DNA of 64,000 bases from an uncultured Gammaproteobacteria bacterium (GCA_964600575.1 CAZRJH010000001.1:28651-92650); one strand, 5' to 3'. Positions 1 through 10,264 are shown, counted from the first letter of the stretch. Made by a program: numbers and translations. The notes: a model not told the origin generated them from the letters alone.

Positions 1-736
1 TTGCGGGGTTCCGGTTCTACTTCACGAGCAGACCAATTCGGCCGGAAGAGCATCTTTAGCTAGTGCACCCCTGGCGAAAACTGTCTGTATCTCTAGAGAA
101 GAAAGTTTAAAGTATTTTCCCAAAAGCAAAGTAATTCTGACCGGCAATCCCGTTAACAGGGAAATGTTTGACTTAAAAACAAATGAAAGTATAGAAAAAA
201 CAATTTTTGTAACCGGGGGCTCCAGGGGTTCTCAGAATATTAATTTAGTACTCGAAGAAATATTACCAAACATATTAAAAAAATATACTTTATTTCATCA
301 GACGGGAGACCTGGATTTTGAAAAATTTACAAATCTCAGAGCAGCACTGCCGACCGATTTAAGGAACAAATATTTTGTTAGCTCCGTCCTTTCCCCAAAA
401 GAAATGGTCGATGTATACAAAAGGTCTAATTTAGTGGTTGCTCGTGCCGGAGCCAATACCGTATCGGAGATTGTTGCCGCAAAAAAACCTTGTATTCTTA
501 TACCCCTACCAATAAGTTTTATGGACGAACAGACATTAAATGCTAAATGGGTCGAAAATTTTGGTTTGGCAAAAATAATAAACCAAAAAGACCTCAATTC
601 CGTCTTGTTGCTTCGGGAAATCGAAAGTCAGCTCAAAATGATTCCTGATATAAATAAAAAAGTTTCTAAAAAAACTTCACCTGACTTTGGCGCTTCTCGG
701 AGAATAATCAAGGTAATAGAAGATTCCATTAGGTGA
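1..736 (+). CDS. murG: MurG (UDP-GlcNAc:lipid I N-acetylglucosaminyltransferase), C-terminal part; 5' end lies outside window
   Basis: Frame of ORF 164..736 stays open back to window start. Motifs 'ILTGNPV', 'VTGGSRGSQNIN' and 'VARAGANTVSEIVAAKKPCILIPLP' fit the MurG C-terminal domain. Followed by ftsQ-ftsA-ftsZ. Confidence 0.8.
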   Translation, partial: CGVPVLLHEQTNSAGRASLASAPLAKTVCISREESLKYFPKSKVILTGNPVNREMFDLKTNESIEKTIFVTGGSRGSQNINLVLEEILPNILKKYTLFHQTGDLDFEKFTNLRAALPTDLRNKYFVSSVLSPKEMVDVYKRSNLVVARAGANTVSEIVAAKKPCILIPLPISFMDEQTLNAKWVENFGLAKIINQKDLNSVLLLREIESQLKMIPDINKKVSKKTSPDFGASRRIIKVIEDSIR

Positions 737-1401
737 AAAAATATATATATCTCGGTGTTCTATTTATTGGTGCTTTATTTATTTTTTCTTACCCATTTTT
801 TATAAAAATAAAGACTTCCTGTAAAACACAGTACGGTGATTGTCCCAAGGAAATTAAAGAAATTACACAAAAAAGCGACGGCATGAGTTTGGTTTCGGCA
901 AGGAGTCTTCTGAAAAAGGAAATCAAAAAAAATGTTTTAGTATCAGATGTTTCTTTACAATTTAAATTACCAAATGAACTGGTGGTAGACGTTATTATTA
1001 AAAAACCGGACTTTAATTTACATTCCTATTCTTCAAACCGATATGTGTTGGTGGATAGAGAGGGTGTTGTAATTTTGGAAGGAACAAACTCTGCGCTGCC
1101 CCTTATCGAGTTGGATCCGGATCTTCCTAAGGTTGGCCAAAATGTAAATCAGAATATCCTGTTTAGCTCTAAAATAATGTTAGGGGTTAATAGTATGTAT
1201 CAGGTTAAAACAGGTAGGCTTGTTGATTCGGGTTTGGTTGTTGAACTCCCAAACACAATTAGAGTAATATTTCCTTTGCAGGGTGATGCCGATATACTTC
1301 TCGGTTCTTTGCGTTTAATTTATACAAAGATCGAATCGGGTGGAGTAAACGGAGGGTATACCGAAATTGACTTGCGTTTTAAAAATCCGGTATTAAGATA
1401 G
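733..1401 (+). CDS. ftsQ: cell division protein FtsQ/DivIB-like (N-terminal TM + POTRA)
   Basis: 222 aa with N-terminal hydrophobic anchor and a POTRA-like segment 'VSDVSLQFKLPNELVVDVIIKKPDF...YVLVDREGVVI'. Sits between murG and ftsA in a dcw-type arrangement; 4-nt overlap with murG. Confidence 0.6.
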   Translation: MKKYIYLGVLFIGALFIFSYPFFIKIKTSCKTQYGDCPKEIKEITQKSDGMSLVSARSLLKKEIKKNVLVSDVSLQFKLPNELVVDVIIKKPDFNLHSYSSNRYVLVDREGVVILEGTNSALPLIELDPDLPKVGQNVNQNILFSSKIMLGVNSMYQVKTGRLVDSGLVVELPNTIRVIFPLQGDADILLGSLRLIYTKIESGGVNGGYTEIDLRFKNPVLR

Positions 1402-1425
1402 TATTAGAACAAACAAGTATTAAAT

Positions 1426-2703
1426 ATGTCAAAGAACAGAATTGTTGCAGCAATAGAAATTGGATCCTCAAAGGTTGCTACATTGGTAAGTAAAATCGAC
1501 GAAGACCCCGTTAGCTTGGAATCTGTAGTTAACATTGTAGGAGCCTCCTCTACTCCATCTAAAGGAATCAAAAAGGGCCAAATTGTAGACATTGAAGAAG
1601 CTGTTGAGGCAACCGTTACCTCGGTTGAATCCGCGGAGAGAATGGCGGGATACAATCTTGATTCGGCTTATGTTGCGATAGGGGGCGGTCAAATTCATTC
1701 TCAAAATTCCCACGGGGTTGTTGCTATATCGGACCCCAACGGGGAGATTAATCAAAGCGATGTCGATCGTGCAATAGAGGCAGCTTCGGCTGTAACTCTT
1801 CCCGCTTCGCGCGAGGTAATTCATGTTTTACCTAGGGAATATATTGTAGATGGGGAATCCGGAGTCCGTGACCCGATTGGTATGAGCGGTGTAAGGTTGG
1901 AGGTTGATACTCATATTATTTCTGCGAGCAGTGCAACTATTAAGAATATTAGAAAAGCGGTCGCAGAAGTGGGGATACAAATAGAAAGTCTTGTTTTTAC
2001 CGGATTGGCATCAGCTGAGGCTGTAGTATCGCCCACAGAGAAGGAATTGGGATGTGTTCTTATCGATATTGGCGGCGGCACAACATCTATTGTTGCTTAT
2101 GTAGACGGATCTATAAGCTATTCCGGTGTGATTCCAATTGGGGCGAACCATGTAACTAACGATTTAGCTATAGGGCTTCGTTGTGACCTGGGAGATGCGG
2201 ATAAAATAAAGCTGGCCCTTTCTGCAAAACGAAAAAAGGCTGCGGGGACTACAGGTTTAGAAGAGGATGAGTTGGACCTTGCTACCTTGGGGGTTACAGA
2301 AATAAGAAAAATCAGCAGAAAGACATTACTGGAAGGTATCATTAGGCCTAGATTGAATGAAATTTTTACCATGGTAAAAATAGAACTAGAGAAGCAGAGT
2401 CTGGCGACAAGAATTCCAGCGGGTGCAATTATCACCGGAGGCGGCGCAGAAACTGCAGGTGTAATTGATTCCGCAAAGCGAATGTTGGGCCTTCAGGTTA
2501 GAGTTGGTATTCCTTCGGGTGTTACAGGATTAATAGACGAGATAATAACCCCGGCATATTCAACCAGTATTGGACTTTTACATTTTGGCAGTAAGCAAGC
2601 CCCCTCTCACAACTTGACATCTTTCAGAAAAAAGATAAAACTACCTCAAGCATCAGGATTTTTTGGAAAAATTGTTGATTCAGTACGCGATCTTCTGCCT
2701 TGA
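1426..2703 (+). CDS. ftsA: cell division protein FtsA (actin-like ATPase)
   Basis: 425 aa, 'IVAAIEIGSSKVATLV' phosphate-1 motif, 'LIDIGGGTTSIV', 'IITGGGAETAG'; immediately upstream of ftsZ. Confidence 0.85.
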   Translation: MSKNRIVAAIEIGSSKVATLVSKIDEDPVSLESVVNIVGASSTPSKGIKKGQIVDIEEAVEATVTSVESAERMAGYNLDSAYVAIGGGQIHSQNSHGVVAISDPNGEINQSDVDRAIEAASAVTLPASREVIHVLPREYIVDGESGVRDPIGMSGVRLEVDTHIISASSATIKNIRKAVAEVGIQIESLVFTGLASAEAVVSPTEKELGCVLIDIGGGTTSIVAYVDGSISYSGVIPIGANHVTNDLAIGLRCDLGDADKIKLALSAKRKKAAGTTGLEEDELDLATLGVTEIRKISRKTLLEGIIRPRLNEIFTMVKIELEKQSLATRIPAGAIITGGGAETAGVIDSAKRMLGLQVRVGIPSGVTGLIDEIITPAYSTSIGLLHFGSKQAPSHNLTSFRKKIKLPQASGFFGKIVDSVRDLLP

Positions 2704-2760
2704 GTTTTTCTACTGCTCACTATACAATGCGGCGTAGCTTAGACGTTCCTAAAAAATAAT

Positions 2761-3915
2761 ATGGCACTTGTTAAACCCGACTCTGCTAGGATTGCAAAAA
2801 TAAAAGTCATTGGAGTTGGTGGAGGTGGTGGTAACGCAATCTCTTCAATGATAGATGCGGGTAATATTAACGGAGTTGAGTTTATTGCTATTAATACAGA
2901 TGCTCAGGTGCTTTTGGCAAACAAAGCTCCTACAAAACTTCAGATCGGGGACAAACTTACAAAAGGGCTCGGAGTAGGTGGTCATCCGGAAATCGGAGAA
3001 CAAGCCGCGCAAGAATCCATAGAAAAAATAAAGGAGCTCCTCATTGACTCGGATATGGTTTTTGTAACAGCGGGTATGGGTGGCGGAACAGGAACGGGGG
3101 CAGCACCAACAATCGCAAAGCTCGCAAAGGAAAGCGGCGCTTTAACTGTGGGTGTTGTTACTAAACCGTTCTCTTTCGAAGGAACAAGAAGACTTGTTGC
3201 TGCGGAAGACGGAATAGAAAAACTAAAAGAAGCAACGGACACCTTAATTGTTATACCCAACCAAAGGTTGATGGATGTTATCGATAAAAAGATGCCGCTT
3301 GTTGAGGCCTTTAAAGTTGTCGACGGAGTTTTGGGCCAGGCGGTTGGTGGAATTGCAGACATAATCACAACGGCAGGACTTGTTAATGTGGACTTTGCGG
3401 ACGTCAAAACAATTATGAAAGACGCGGGAAGTGCGCTTTTGGGAATTGGTGTCGGAGTTGGAGAAAACAGGGCCCAAATGGCTGCAAGGGCTGCAGTAAG
3501 TTCTCCACTTTTAGATCTTTCGATAGAAGGAGCCAGGGGTGTTCTCTTTAACATAGCCGGAGGTGATGATTTAACAATGTTCGAAGTAGACGAAGCGGCG
3601 AAGATTATAAGTGGGGCGGCGGATCCCGATGCCAATGTTATTTTTGGAGCCGTAATAAAAGACGACTTGGCGGATCAGATCAAGATTACGGTTATAGCTA
3701 CGGGTTTTGATGAAACTCGTTCAAAATTGGCTCAGATGAGCCAACCTGTTACACAACCGCTACAGGGAGTGATGGGCGAGGCACCAAGGTCAAACCAGTC
3801 TCAGGCGGAGTCGGGTGAGGACGACAACCCTCCGGAGGACGATGGTGGAGATAATGACCTATTTGGTAGTAAATTTGAAATTCCGGCTTTTTTGAGGAAA
3901 GGTAGGCAAAATTAA
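2761..3915 (+). CDS. ftsZ: cell division GTPase FtsZ
   Basis: Tubulin signature '[15 protein letters not shown]', '[15 protein letters not shown]'; acidic/Pro-rich C-terminal tail. Confidence 0.95.
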   Translation: MALVKPDSARIAKIKVIGVGGGGGNAISSMIDAGNINGVEFIAINTDAQVLLANKAPTKLQIGDKLTKGLGVGGHPEIGEQAAQESIEKIKELLIDSDMVFVTAGMGGGTGTGAAPTIAKLAKESGALTVGVVTKPFSFEGTRRLVAAEDGIEKLKEATDTLIVIPNQRLMDVIDKKMPLVEAFKVVDGVLGQAVGGIADIITTAGLVNVDFADVKTIMKDAGSALLGIGVGVGENRAQMAARAAVSSPLLDLSIEGARGVLFNIAGGDDLTMFEVDEAAKIISGAADPDANVIFGAVIKDDLADQIKITVIATGFDETRSKLAQMSQPVTQPLQGVMGEAPRSNQSQAESGEDDNPPEDDGGDNDLFGSKFEIPAFLRKGRQN

Positions 3916-3955
3916 GCTTCCAAGTGCTATTACGATGTAGTAGAATAGGCTTCAT

Positions 3956-6900
3956 ATGGCCAAAACCAAGGCGTATTTTGATTCCCCCGAGCCTAATGTC
4001 AATTTCCCCGAGCTCGAAAAAGAGCTTCTGTCACACTGGTATAAAAAGGGTGTTGTTAAGAAATATTTAGCAAAAAACAAAGACTCCAAGAAGTATTTTT
4101 CGTTTCAGGACGGACCAATTACCGCCAACAATCCCATGGGGGTGCACCATGGCTGGGGAAGAACATATAAAGACCTTTGGCAAAAGTACAAGAATATGCA
4201 GGGTTTTAGGCAACGTTTTCAGAACGGTTTCGACGCTCAAGGTTTATGGGTTGAGGTAGAGGTAGAAAAAGAACTTGGTTTTAGGAGCAAAAAAGACATA
4301 GAAGATTTTGGTGTAGCAAAATTTGTCCAACTCTGTCGAGACAGAGTCAAGAAATATTCAGAAATACAAACCGAACAAAGCAAAAGACTGGGATACTTCA
4401 TGGATTGGGAGCATTCCTATTACACACTAAGCGAGGACAATAACTACATGATTTGGCATTTTCTCAAAAAGTGTTTCGACAACGGCTGGATTTACAAAGG
4501 CAACGACTCTGTTCCTTGGTGTCCCAGATGCCAAACGGCAATATCACAACACGAGATGTTAACCGAAGATTATAAAGAGCTTACCCACGAATCGGTTTAT
4601 TTGGCTTTTCCAATAGTTGGTCAAAAAGATGAGTTCTTTATGGTTTGGACCACGACCCCCTGGACTATTCCCGCCAATATTGCAATTGCAATTGATGAAA
4701 AGCTAGAGTATTCCCAAGTAGAAATCCAGGGCAAGAAATACTGGATCGCTAAAGAATCTGTCCCAAGGGTTGTGGGTGGCGCTAAACATAAAATTCTTAA
4801 AACAGTCCCGGGCGCAAAACTTGCCGGGCTTAGGTATAAAGGTGCATTTGACGATATACCAAATGTACAAACGGTTTCCTCAAAATCAGAAGACAGATTC
4901 CACATTGTTGTTTTAACAGACTCTTTGATTTTGCCAATAACAACATCCGAAGGAACAGGTCTTGTTCACACTGCCGTTTCGGCGGGGTCGGAAGACTTTA
5001 AGCTGGGTAAAAAATTGGGGTTACCCATGATACCTGTTATTAATGATGACGCTTCGTATATAGAAGGAATGGGATTTTTGTCAGGTGGAAACGCCAAAAA
5101 ACACCCCGAACTCATTTTAGATCATTTGAAAAAACTCGACGCGGAAGGAAAACATTTTTATTTTAAAGTAGAAAAAATAACTCACAGATACCCGGCTTGT
5201 TGGAGATGTAAAACCGAATTGGTTTGGAAAGTAACGGATGAATGGTATGTCTCCATGGATACCCCACCCGCGGTTTCAAAATCTAAACAAGACAAACCCG
5301 TTAACTGGGACGAAGACGAAGAAGCACCTAAAGCCGATACCCGCACCCTTAGAGAAAGAATGAAAACGGTTGCCTCAAAGATAAATTGGATCCCTTCTTT
5401 TGGTTTGGACCGGGAGTTAGATTGGCTTTCTAATATGCATGACTGGTTGATAAGTAAGAAAAACAGATACTGGGGTTTGGCCCTTCCGATTTGGGAGTGC
5501 AAAAGTTGCGGACGGTTCGAAGTTGTCGGTTCAAAAGAGGAACTAAAAGATAGGGCTGTTTCGGGTTGGAAAAATTTTGAGCGTTTGACACCCCACAAAC
5601 CACAAATCGACGAAATAAAACTTAAATGTTCATTCTGTGGACAAGAATCAGAAAGAATTGAGCCCGTGGGTAATCCGTGGTTAGATGCAGGTATAGTTCC
5701 GTTTTCAACAATAAGCGAAGACAATCTAGCCTGTAATTTTGCGAAAACAAAAACTAAACCTTTGTATTTGGAGGATAGGAAAAAATGGTTGAACTGGTTT
5801 CCTGAGAGCTTTATAACCGAGAGTTTTCCGGGGCAGTTTAAGAATTGGTTCTATGCAATGATCGCAATGAGCACTGTTCTGGAAGACATTAATCCTTTTA
5901 AAACTGTTTTAGGTTTTGCAACTTGTGTAGGGGAAGACGGCAGGCCAATGCATAAAAGCTGGGGCAATGCCATCGAATTTAATGAGGGAGCAGACAAAAT
6001 TGGAGTAGATGTTATGAGGTGGATGTATGTTCGGCAAAACCCTGCAGAAAATCTGCTTTTCGGTTACAAAATAGCAGATGAAACAAGGAGGCGTTTTCAC
6101 CTAAAACTTTGGAATATTTATAACTTTTTTGTTACTTATGCTAACTTGGACGGCTTTGTGCCTTCAAACTCCAAAAAATCAGACTCGGTTTTAGATAAAT
6201 GGCTAAACGCCAGATTGGACGAAACAGTTTCTGTTGTAACCGAAAGCTTGGATAAATTTGATCCATATACCGCAACCGCCTCCATAGATAAATTCGTTGA
6301 TGATTTTTCTTTGTGGTATGTCAGAAGGTCCAGAGATAGAGTGGGGCCCGCAGCCGAATCAGAAAAAGACAAAAATGCTTTTTACTCCGTTTGTTACGGA
6401 GCACTTGTTACGCTATCTAAACTTTTGGCTCCATTTATGCCGTTTATGAGCGAAGTTGTTTATAAAAATCTTACCAAAGAAGAATCCGTTCATTTAGCAG
6501 ATTGGCCTAAAACCAAATCTGCAAGAACTAATTCGGATGCTTTGATAAAAGAAATGGAGTTTGCCAGGCTTGTGTCCGAAAAGGCTCACGCGTTAAGAAA
6601 AGAAAAATCACTAGCGGTAAAACAACCGCTTTCCAAACTTGAGGTTACCGGATACAAGTTTAGTGATGCTATAGCCGAACTTATAGGTAACGAGGTCAAT
6701 GTTAAGTCTGTGGTATCCAAAGAAGGAAAATCCGGCTTAACTGTTAAGCTTGATACTAAAATAACAAAAGAGCTTAAAGAAGAGGCGGCGGTAAGAGAAT
6801 TGGTAAGGTCAATTCAAGACGAAAGAAAAAAGCTTGGCCTCAATCTTACTCAAAAGATTAATGTTTCTGTTCCAAGCCTGCCGACCGATAAAAAGTTGGT

Positions 6901-6970
6901 GTCTTGGATGCAGAAGAAAGCCCAGATTTCTGAAATCTCAAGCGGTAAGTTTAAGGTAGTTAAGGTATAA
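3956..6970 (+). CDS. ileS: isoleucyl-tRNA synthetase (class I, long type-2-like form, 1004 aa)
   Basis: Editing-domain motifs 'WTTTPWTIPANIAIAI' and 'GTGLVHTA', zinc-knuckle-like 'VPWCPRCQTAIS', KMSKS-like 'MHKSWGN'. N-terminal 'DGPITANNPMGVHHGWGRTYKD' region aligns to the IleRS catalytic core, but the HIGH-equivalent reads HHGW (atypical). Confidence 0.85.
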   Translation: MAKTKAYFDSPEPNVNFPELEKELLSHWYKKGVVKKYLAKNKDSKKYFSFQDGPITANNPMGVHHGWGRTYKDLWQKYKNMQGFRQRFQNGFDAQGLWVEVEVEKELGFRSKKDIEDFGVAKFVQLCRDRVKKYSEIQTEQSKRLGYFMDWEHSYYTLSEDNNYMIWHFLKKCFDNGWIYKGNDSVPWCPRCQTAISQHEMLTEDYKELTHESVYLAFPIVGQKDEFFMVWTTTPWTIPANIAIAIDEKLEYSQVEIQGKKYWIAKESVPRVVGGAKHKILKTVPGAKLAGLRYKGAFDDIPNVQTVSSKSEDRFHIVVLTDSLILPITTSEGTGLVHTAVSAGSEDFKLGKKLGLPMIPVINDDASYIEGMGFLSGGNAKKHPELILDHLKKLDAEGKHFYFKVEKITHRYPACWRCKTELVWKVTDEWYVSMDTPPAVSKSKQDKPVNWDEDEEAPKADTRTLRERMKTVASKINWIPSFGLDRELDWLSNMHDWLISKKNRYWGLALPIWECKSCGRFEVVGSKEELKDRAVSGWKNFERLTPHKPQIDEIKLKCSFCGQESERIEPVGNPWLDAGIVPFSTISEDNLACNFAKTKTKPLYLEDRKKWLNWFPESFITESFPGQFKNWFYAMIAMSTVLEDINPFKTVLGFATCVGEDGRPMHKSWGNAIEFNEGADKIGVDVMRWMYVRQNPAENLLFGYKIADETRRRFHLKLWNIYNFFVTYANLDGFVPSNSKKSDSVLDKWLNARLDETVSVVTESLDKFDPYTATASIDKFVDDFSLWYVRRSRDRVGPAAESEKDKNAFYSVCYGALVTLSKLLAPFMPFMSEVVYKNLTKEESVHLADWPKTKSARTNSDALIKEMEFARLVSEKAHALRKEKSLAVKQPLSKLEVTGYKFSDAIAELIGNEVNVKSVVSKEGKSGLTVKLDTKITKELKEEAAVRELVRSIQDERKKLGLNLTQKINVSVPSLPTDKKLVSWMQKKAQISEISSGKFKVVKV

Positions 6971-6974
6971 GTTA

Positions 6975-8003
6975 ATGAAGGATATTTTGTTGGTTGCCCC
7001 AATTGCGTTTCTTTTATCACTAAGTGCATTTGTGTTGCTTTCTATTTCTCCCGGACTGTTTCCATTGCACTTTGTATATCTTTTTTTGGCTATTTTTGCT
7101 TTTTGGTTATTTTCACAAATTGACTTTGAAATACTTTCGATGTTTTCGATACATTTATATGTTATTTCGGTTTTTCTTTTGATAATCACTATTTTTATAG
7201 GTGCGGTTACAAGGGGGACTGTTAGATGGATCCCGCTTGGCCCTGTAAGCCTTCAACCTGCGGAGCTTGCAAGACCTTTTCTTCTTGTTTTTTTTGCTAA
7301 ATTTTTAACGGAGGGTAGATTCAATCTTAAAAAAATTATTTCAACATTTTTACTTTTATCGTTTCCCGTTTTTCTTATCCTTAGGCAGCCATCTTTGGGA
7401 GTATCGATTTTGACGGTCATCGGTTTTTTGGGAGTTTTGATATCAACGGGTTTTAGTAAAAAATATATCCTTTTAGGTTTTGGGGTCTTGGTCCTTATGA
7501 TGCCGCTGTTTTGGAATATCTTAAAACCCTATCAAAAAGATAGGATAATGGCATTTGTTTCACCGTCAAAGGATACCTTGGGTTCCGGTTACAATAGTTT
7601 GCAATCGACCATTGCAGCAGGGTCCGGTAGGCTTTTTGGGTTAGGCTTGGGACACGGGTCCCAAACCCAGCTTTCTTTCCTACCCGAAAAACAAACCGAT
7701 TTTGTGTTTGCAGCTACCGCCGAAGAACTAGGTTTTGTAGGATCAGTTTTAATGCTTTTAACAACTGCAATGATTCTTTGGAGACTTACTGTTTATGCCG
7801 AACGTCCGGAGAACCCTGCTGCAAGGGCCTATTTATCGGGGCTTTTTTTGACTTATCTGGCCCAAGTGTTTGTTCATGTGGGAATGAATATGGGAATGCT
7901 CCCTGTTACGGGAATACCGTTTCCTTTAGTTTCGGCAGGAGGGTCTTCGCTTTTGGCCACAATGATAGGGTTGGGGATTGCCACAAAAGCTGTTAGGAGG
8001 TAA
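6975..8003 (+). CDS. ftsW: SEDS-family peptidoglycan glycosyltransferase FtsW/RodA
   Basis: 342 aa polytopic membrane protein; C-terminal SEDS hallmarks 'FAATAEELGFVGS' and 'GMLPVTGIPFPLVSAGGSS'. Confidence 0.85.
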   Translation: MKDILLVAPIAFLLSLSAFVLLSISPGLFPLHFVYLFLAIFAFWLFSQIDFEILSMFSIHLYVISVFLLIITIFIGAVTRGTVRWIPLGPVSLQPAELARPFLLVFFAKFLTEGRFNLKKIISTFLLLSFPVFLILRQPSLGVSILTVIGFLGVLISTGFSKKYILLGFGVLVLMMPLFWNILKPYQKDRIMAFVSPSKDTLGSGYNSLQSTIAAGSGRLFGLGLGHGSQTQLSFLPEKQTDFVFAATAEELGFVGSVLMLLTTAMILWRLTVYAERPENPAARAYLSGLFLTYLAQVFVHVGMNMGMLPVTGIPFPLVSAGGSSLLATMIGLGIATKAVRR

Positions 8004-8014
8004 AATACGAGCTT

Positions 8015-8323
8015 ATGAAGTACGCTGTAGTGCGCATAACAGGCAAACAATATAGGGTAGAAGAAGGTAAAGAAGTCTTAGTGGACAAAGTTGTCGACAC
8101 CAAAAAACTCGCTTCGGAAGTTTTGATGATTGTCGATGGCGACAAAGTAGAAGTTGGGACTCCCGTTTTAGAAAAGGCCAAAGTTAGCCTCAAAGTGGTT
8201 CAAGAAATGGAAAAGGGCGTAAAAGTAGAAATTTATAAGTTTAAGGCCAAATCTAGATACCGAAGACACACAGGTTTTAGGGCACAATACACCCGTCTTT
8301 TAGTCGAAAAAATCTCCGCTTAA
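8015..8323 (+). CDS. rplU: 50S ribosomal protein L21
   Basis: 'MKYAVVRITGKQYRVEEGKEVLVDK' is a canonical L21 N-terminus; 102 aa. Confidence 0.9.
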   Translation: MKYAVVRITGKQYRVEEGKEVLVDKVVDTKKLASEVLMIVDGDKVEVGTPVLEKAKVSLKVVQEMEKGVKVEIYKFKAKSRYRRHTGFRAQYTRLLVEKISA

Positions 8324-8359
8324 CCCTCAAAATATATCAGTCTATAACTTAGTGATCTC

Positions 8360-8388
8360 TTGACAACTGTGAAAAGTTGCTTTATATT
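8360..8388 (+). promoter_or_regulatory. sigma70-like promoter upstream of rpmA (TTGACA - 17 nt - TATATT)
   Basis: Read directly: 'cTTGACAactgtgaaaagttgctttaTATATTgtgg', ending about 12 nt before the rpmA start. Confidence 0.45.
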
Positions 8389-8399
8389 GTGGACTTAAT

Positions 8400-8651
8400 A
8401 TGTCTACACACAAAGCGGCAGGAAAAGCTTCACAACATGTAAGCCCGGCAGGAAAAAGGCTTGGAGTTAAACTTTTTGGCGGTGAAAAAGTCACAAAAGG
8501 GCAGATCCTCGTAAGACAAAGAGGCACAACCATTGTAAAAGGTGTTGGTGTAAAAATCGGCAGAGACCACACGGTTTATGCAACCTTGAACGGTATCGTT
8601 AAATTTGGAACAAAGTTAGGCAGAAGGTTTGTGTCGGTAATTTCGGGATAA
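8400..8651 (+). CDS. rpmA: 50S ribosomal protein L27
   Basis: 'HKAAGKASQ...GKRLGVKLFGGEKVTKGQILVRQRGT' is the canonical L27 sequence. Confidence 0.9.
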   Translation: MSTHKAAGKASQHVSPAGKRLGVKLFGGEKVTKGQILVRQRGTTIVKGVGVKIGRDHTVYATLNGIVKFGTKLGRRFVSVISG

Positions 8652-8652
8652 T

Positions 8653-9489
8653 ATGGCAGAAGAAGTTATACAGCTAGAAATTAATCAAGTTCAACCCAAC
8701 CCCCTTCAACCTCGTGGTGCAATTACTCCTGAAAGTTTGGTAGATTTGGTAGATTCTATAAGAGAACATGGCATTCTAGAACCTCTCGTGGTTGCCAAGA
8801 CCCCCGCAGGATTCCAACTTATAGCAGGAGAAAGAAGATGGAGAGCCTCAAAACTCGCAGGTTTGACTCATGTCCCTGCAATTATAAGAGAAACTTCACC
8901 CAAGGGAATGCTCGAAATGGCCTTGGTAGAAAATGTACAAAGAGTAGATCTTAACCCACTGGATCGCGCTAAAGGTTTTGAGCGCTTAATGAACGAATTC
9001 GGCTTAACCACAAGCGAAATCGCGGTAAGAATCGGTAAATCTGTTGCGTACGTAAGCAATTCCTTAAGACTTTTGTCACTTCCGGATGCACTTAAAGACG
9101 GACTGCTTTCGGGTTTGATTAGCGAAGGCCACGCAAGAGCGCTTGCCGCAATCGACGATAGCAATTTAATGATCGAGGCTTACAAGATTATTCTTAGAGA
9201 AAGTGGCTCAGTAAGACGCGCAGAAGAACTTGCCAGAAGAATGAAAGTTAAGTCTCAACAGGTTACAAAAGCCCCCACAGAACATATGAGAGTGGTTTCG
9301 GAAGAAATTGACAAAATGCAGGCGGAGTTAGAGCACGCATTTGTTAACGGCAACCCCGACGAGGCCAAAAAATCTACGGTTAAACTTATAAGATCCAGAA
9401 GAGAAACAAGAATTCTTTTTATATTTAAGGGTGGCTTAGACGAAACAGAGGACAAACTTCAGAGGATTTACAAAGCAGTAACAGAATAA
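8653..9489 (+). CDS. parB: ParB/Spo0J-like partition protein (no parA adjacent)
   Basis: ParB box 'QLIAGERRWRASKLAGLTHVPAI' and an HTH region 'TTSEIAVRIGKSVAYVSNSLRLL'. Confidence 0.8.
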   Translation: MAEEVIQLEINQVQPNPLQPRGAITPESLVDLVDSIREHGILEPLVVAKTPAGFQLIAGERRWRASKLAGLTHVPAIIRETSPKGMLEMALVENVQRVDLNPLDRAKGFERLMNEFGLTTSEIAVRIGKSVAYVSNSLRLLSLPDALKDGLLSGLISEGHARALAAIDDSNLMIEAYKIILRESGSVRRAEELARRMKVKSQQVTKAPTEHMRVVSEEIDKMQAELEHAFVNGNPDEAKKSTVKLIRSRRETRILFIFKGGLDETEDKLQRIYKAVTE

Positions 9490-9547
9490 TTAAGACTCGT
9501 CCCCCTTTTTGCATCGTTTGAGAAATTTATGTGTGATTTTCTGTGAC

Positions 9548-10105
9548 TTAAAGGGAATAGTTTGGAAGTTTTACAAAAGAAGCATTTTTTACAGGCCAAT
9601 AAACCAACCAGGCTTTACCACTCATACTCTTTTTGGTTATAGCACCAAAAGCACGAGAATCGGATGAGTGAGGTCTGTTATCTCCCATTACAAAATATTT
9701 ATCATCGGGTACTAGGTACTCGGTGCCTTCCGGGAGGAAAAACCCGTCGTTGGTATACAAATCGCTGGCAAGGTATGGCTCTTCTAAAATTTTATCGTCG
9801 ATATACACTCGGCCATCTTTAACCATAACCCGCTCTCCTGGCATGCCTATTACTCTTTTGATATATTCGTCTGTTTCCGAGGTGGGTGGAGTAAATACAA
9901 TTACATCGCCTCTTATTGGATCTCTTCTGTAATATGTTACCTTTTCTGTTAAAAGGTATTCTGCGTCGGGAAAATTTGGTTGCATGGACTGCCCCTTAAT
10001 CTTGTGAGGTCGCATGATTAGAAGGTATACAAAGAAAAATATACCCACTGCAAAAACGACTACCTCCAAAATATCCAAGAAAAAAGCGCCAAGTTTACCA
10101 AACAT
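9548..10105 (-). CDS. lepB: signal peptidase I
   Basis: N-terminal TM, box B 'GQSMQPNF', box D/E 'YIKRVIGMPGERV' and 'VMGDNRPHSSDSRAFG'. Confidence 0.85.
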   Translation of the reverse strand: MFGKLGAFFLDILEVVVFAVGIFFFVYLLIMRPHKIKGQSMQPNFPDAEYLLTEKVTYYRRDPIRGDVIVFTPPTSETDEYIKRVIGMPGERVMVKDGRVYIDDKILEEPYLASDLYTNDGFFLPEGTEYLVPDDKYFVMGDNRPHSSDSRAFGAITKKSMSGKAWLVYWPVKNASFVKLPNYSL

Positions 10106-10176
10106 AATTCATTATGTTTATTTTTTATTTAAATTACAAGTGCTTGGCACCACCCTTCGTGTTAAAATACGCATAA

Positions 10177-10251
10177 GGACGACTAGCTCGGTGGTAAGCT
10201 GAGCTTGCCACTGAATTGTGGTAAGCTGCTTCGCATCTTGCCACCTAGTTT
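10177..10251 (+). other. tRNA-Val 5'-half-derived fragment embedded in short imperfect direct repeats (not a functional tRNA)
   Basis: 'GGACGACTAGCTCgGTGGTA' (10177-10196) matches the first ~20 nt of the tRNA-Val 88 nt downstream with one mismatch. It is followed by duplicated 'GTGGTAAGCTG' (x2) and 'CTTGCCAC' (x2). There is no T arm and no complementary acceptor 3' strand. Confidence 0.5.
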
Positions 10252-10264
10252 TTTGTCCAATCCA

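Noticed and set aside
2982-3635. Long antisense ORFs inside ftsZ (2982..3635), ftsA, ileS, dnaE (60570..61376) and the A2M gene
   Set aside because: They are embedded opposite well-supported conserved genes. Their Ser/Pro/Ala-rich low-complexity translations are typical of antisense frames.
3956-4200. Atypical HIGH-equivalent ('HHGW') in IleRS and ileS sitting inside the division/cell-wall cluster
   Set aside because: Without a proper alignment I cannot be sure which residues correspond to HIGH. Gene order in CPR dcw regions is variable. Noted but not claimed as unusual.
8653-9489. parB without an adjacent parA as a possible oddity
   Set aside because: Orphan ParB/Noc-like genes are common, and parA could lie elsewhere. 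Not informative from this window alone.
10177-10251. Possibility that the upstream tRNA-like stretch is a second functional tRNA (e.g. anticodon AAT)
   Set aside because: No T arm or complementary acceptor 3' strand can be drawn, and U33 is missing in the best anticodon-loop candidate. Reported as a relic instead.
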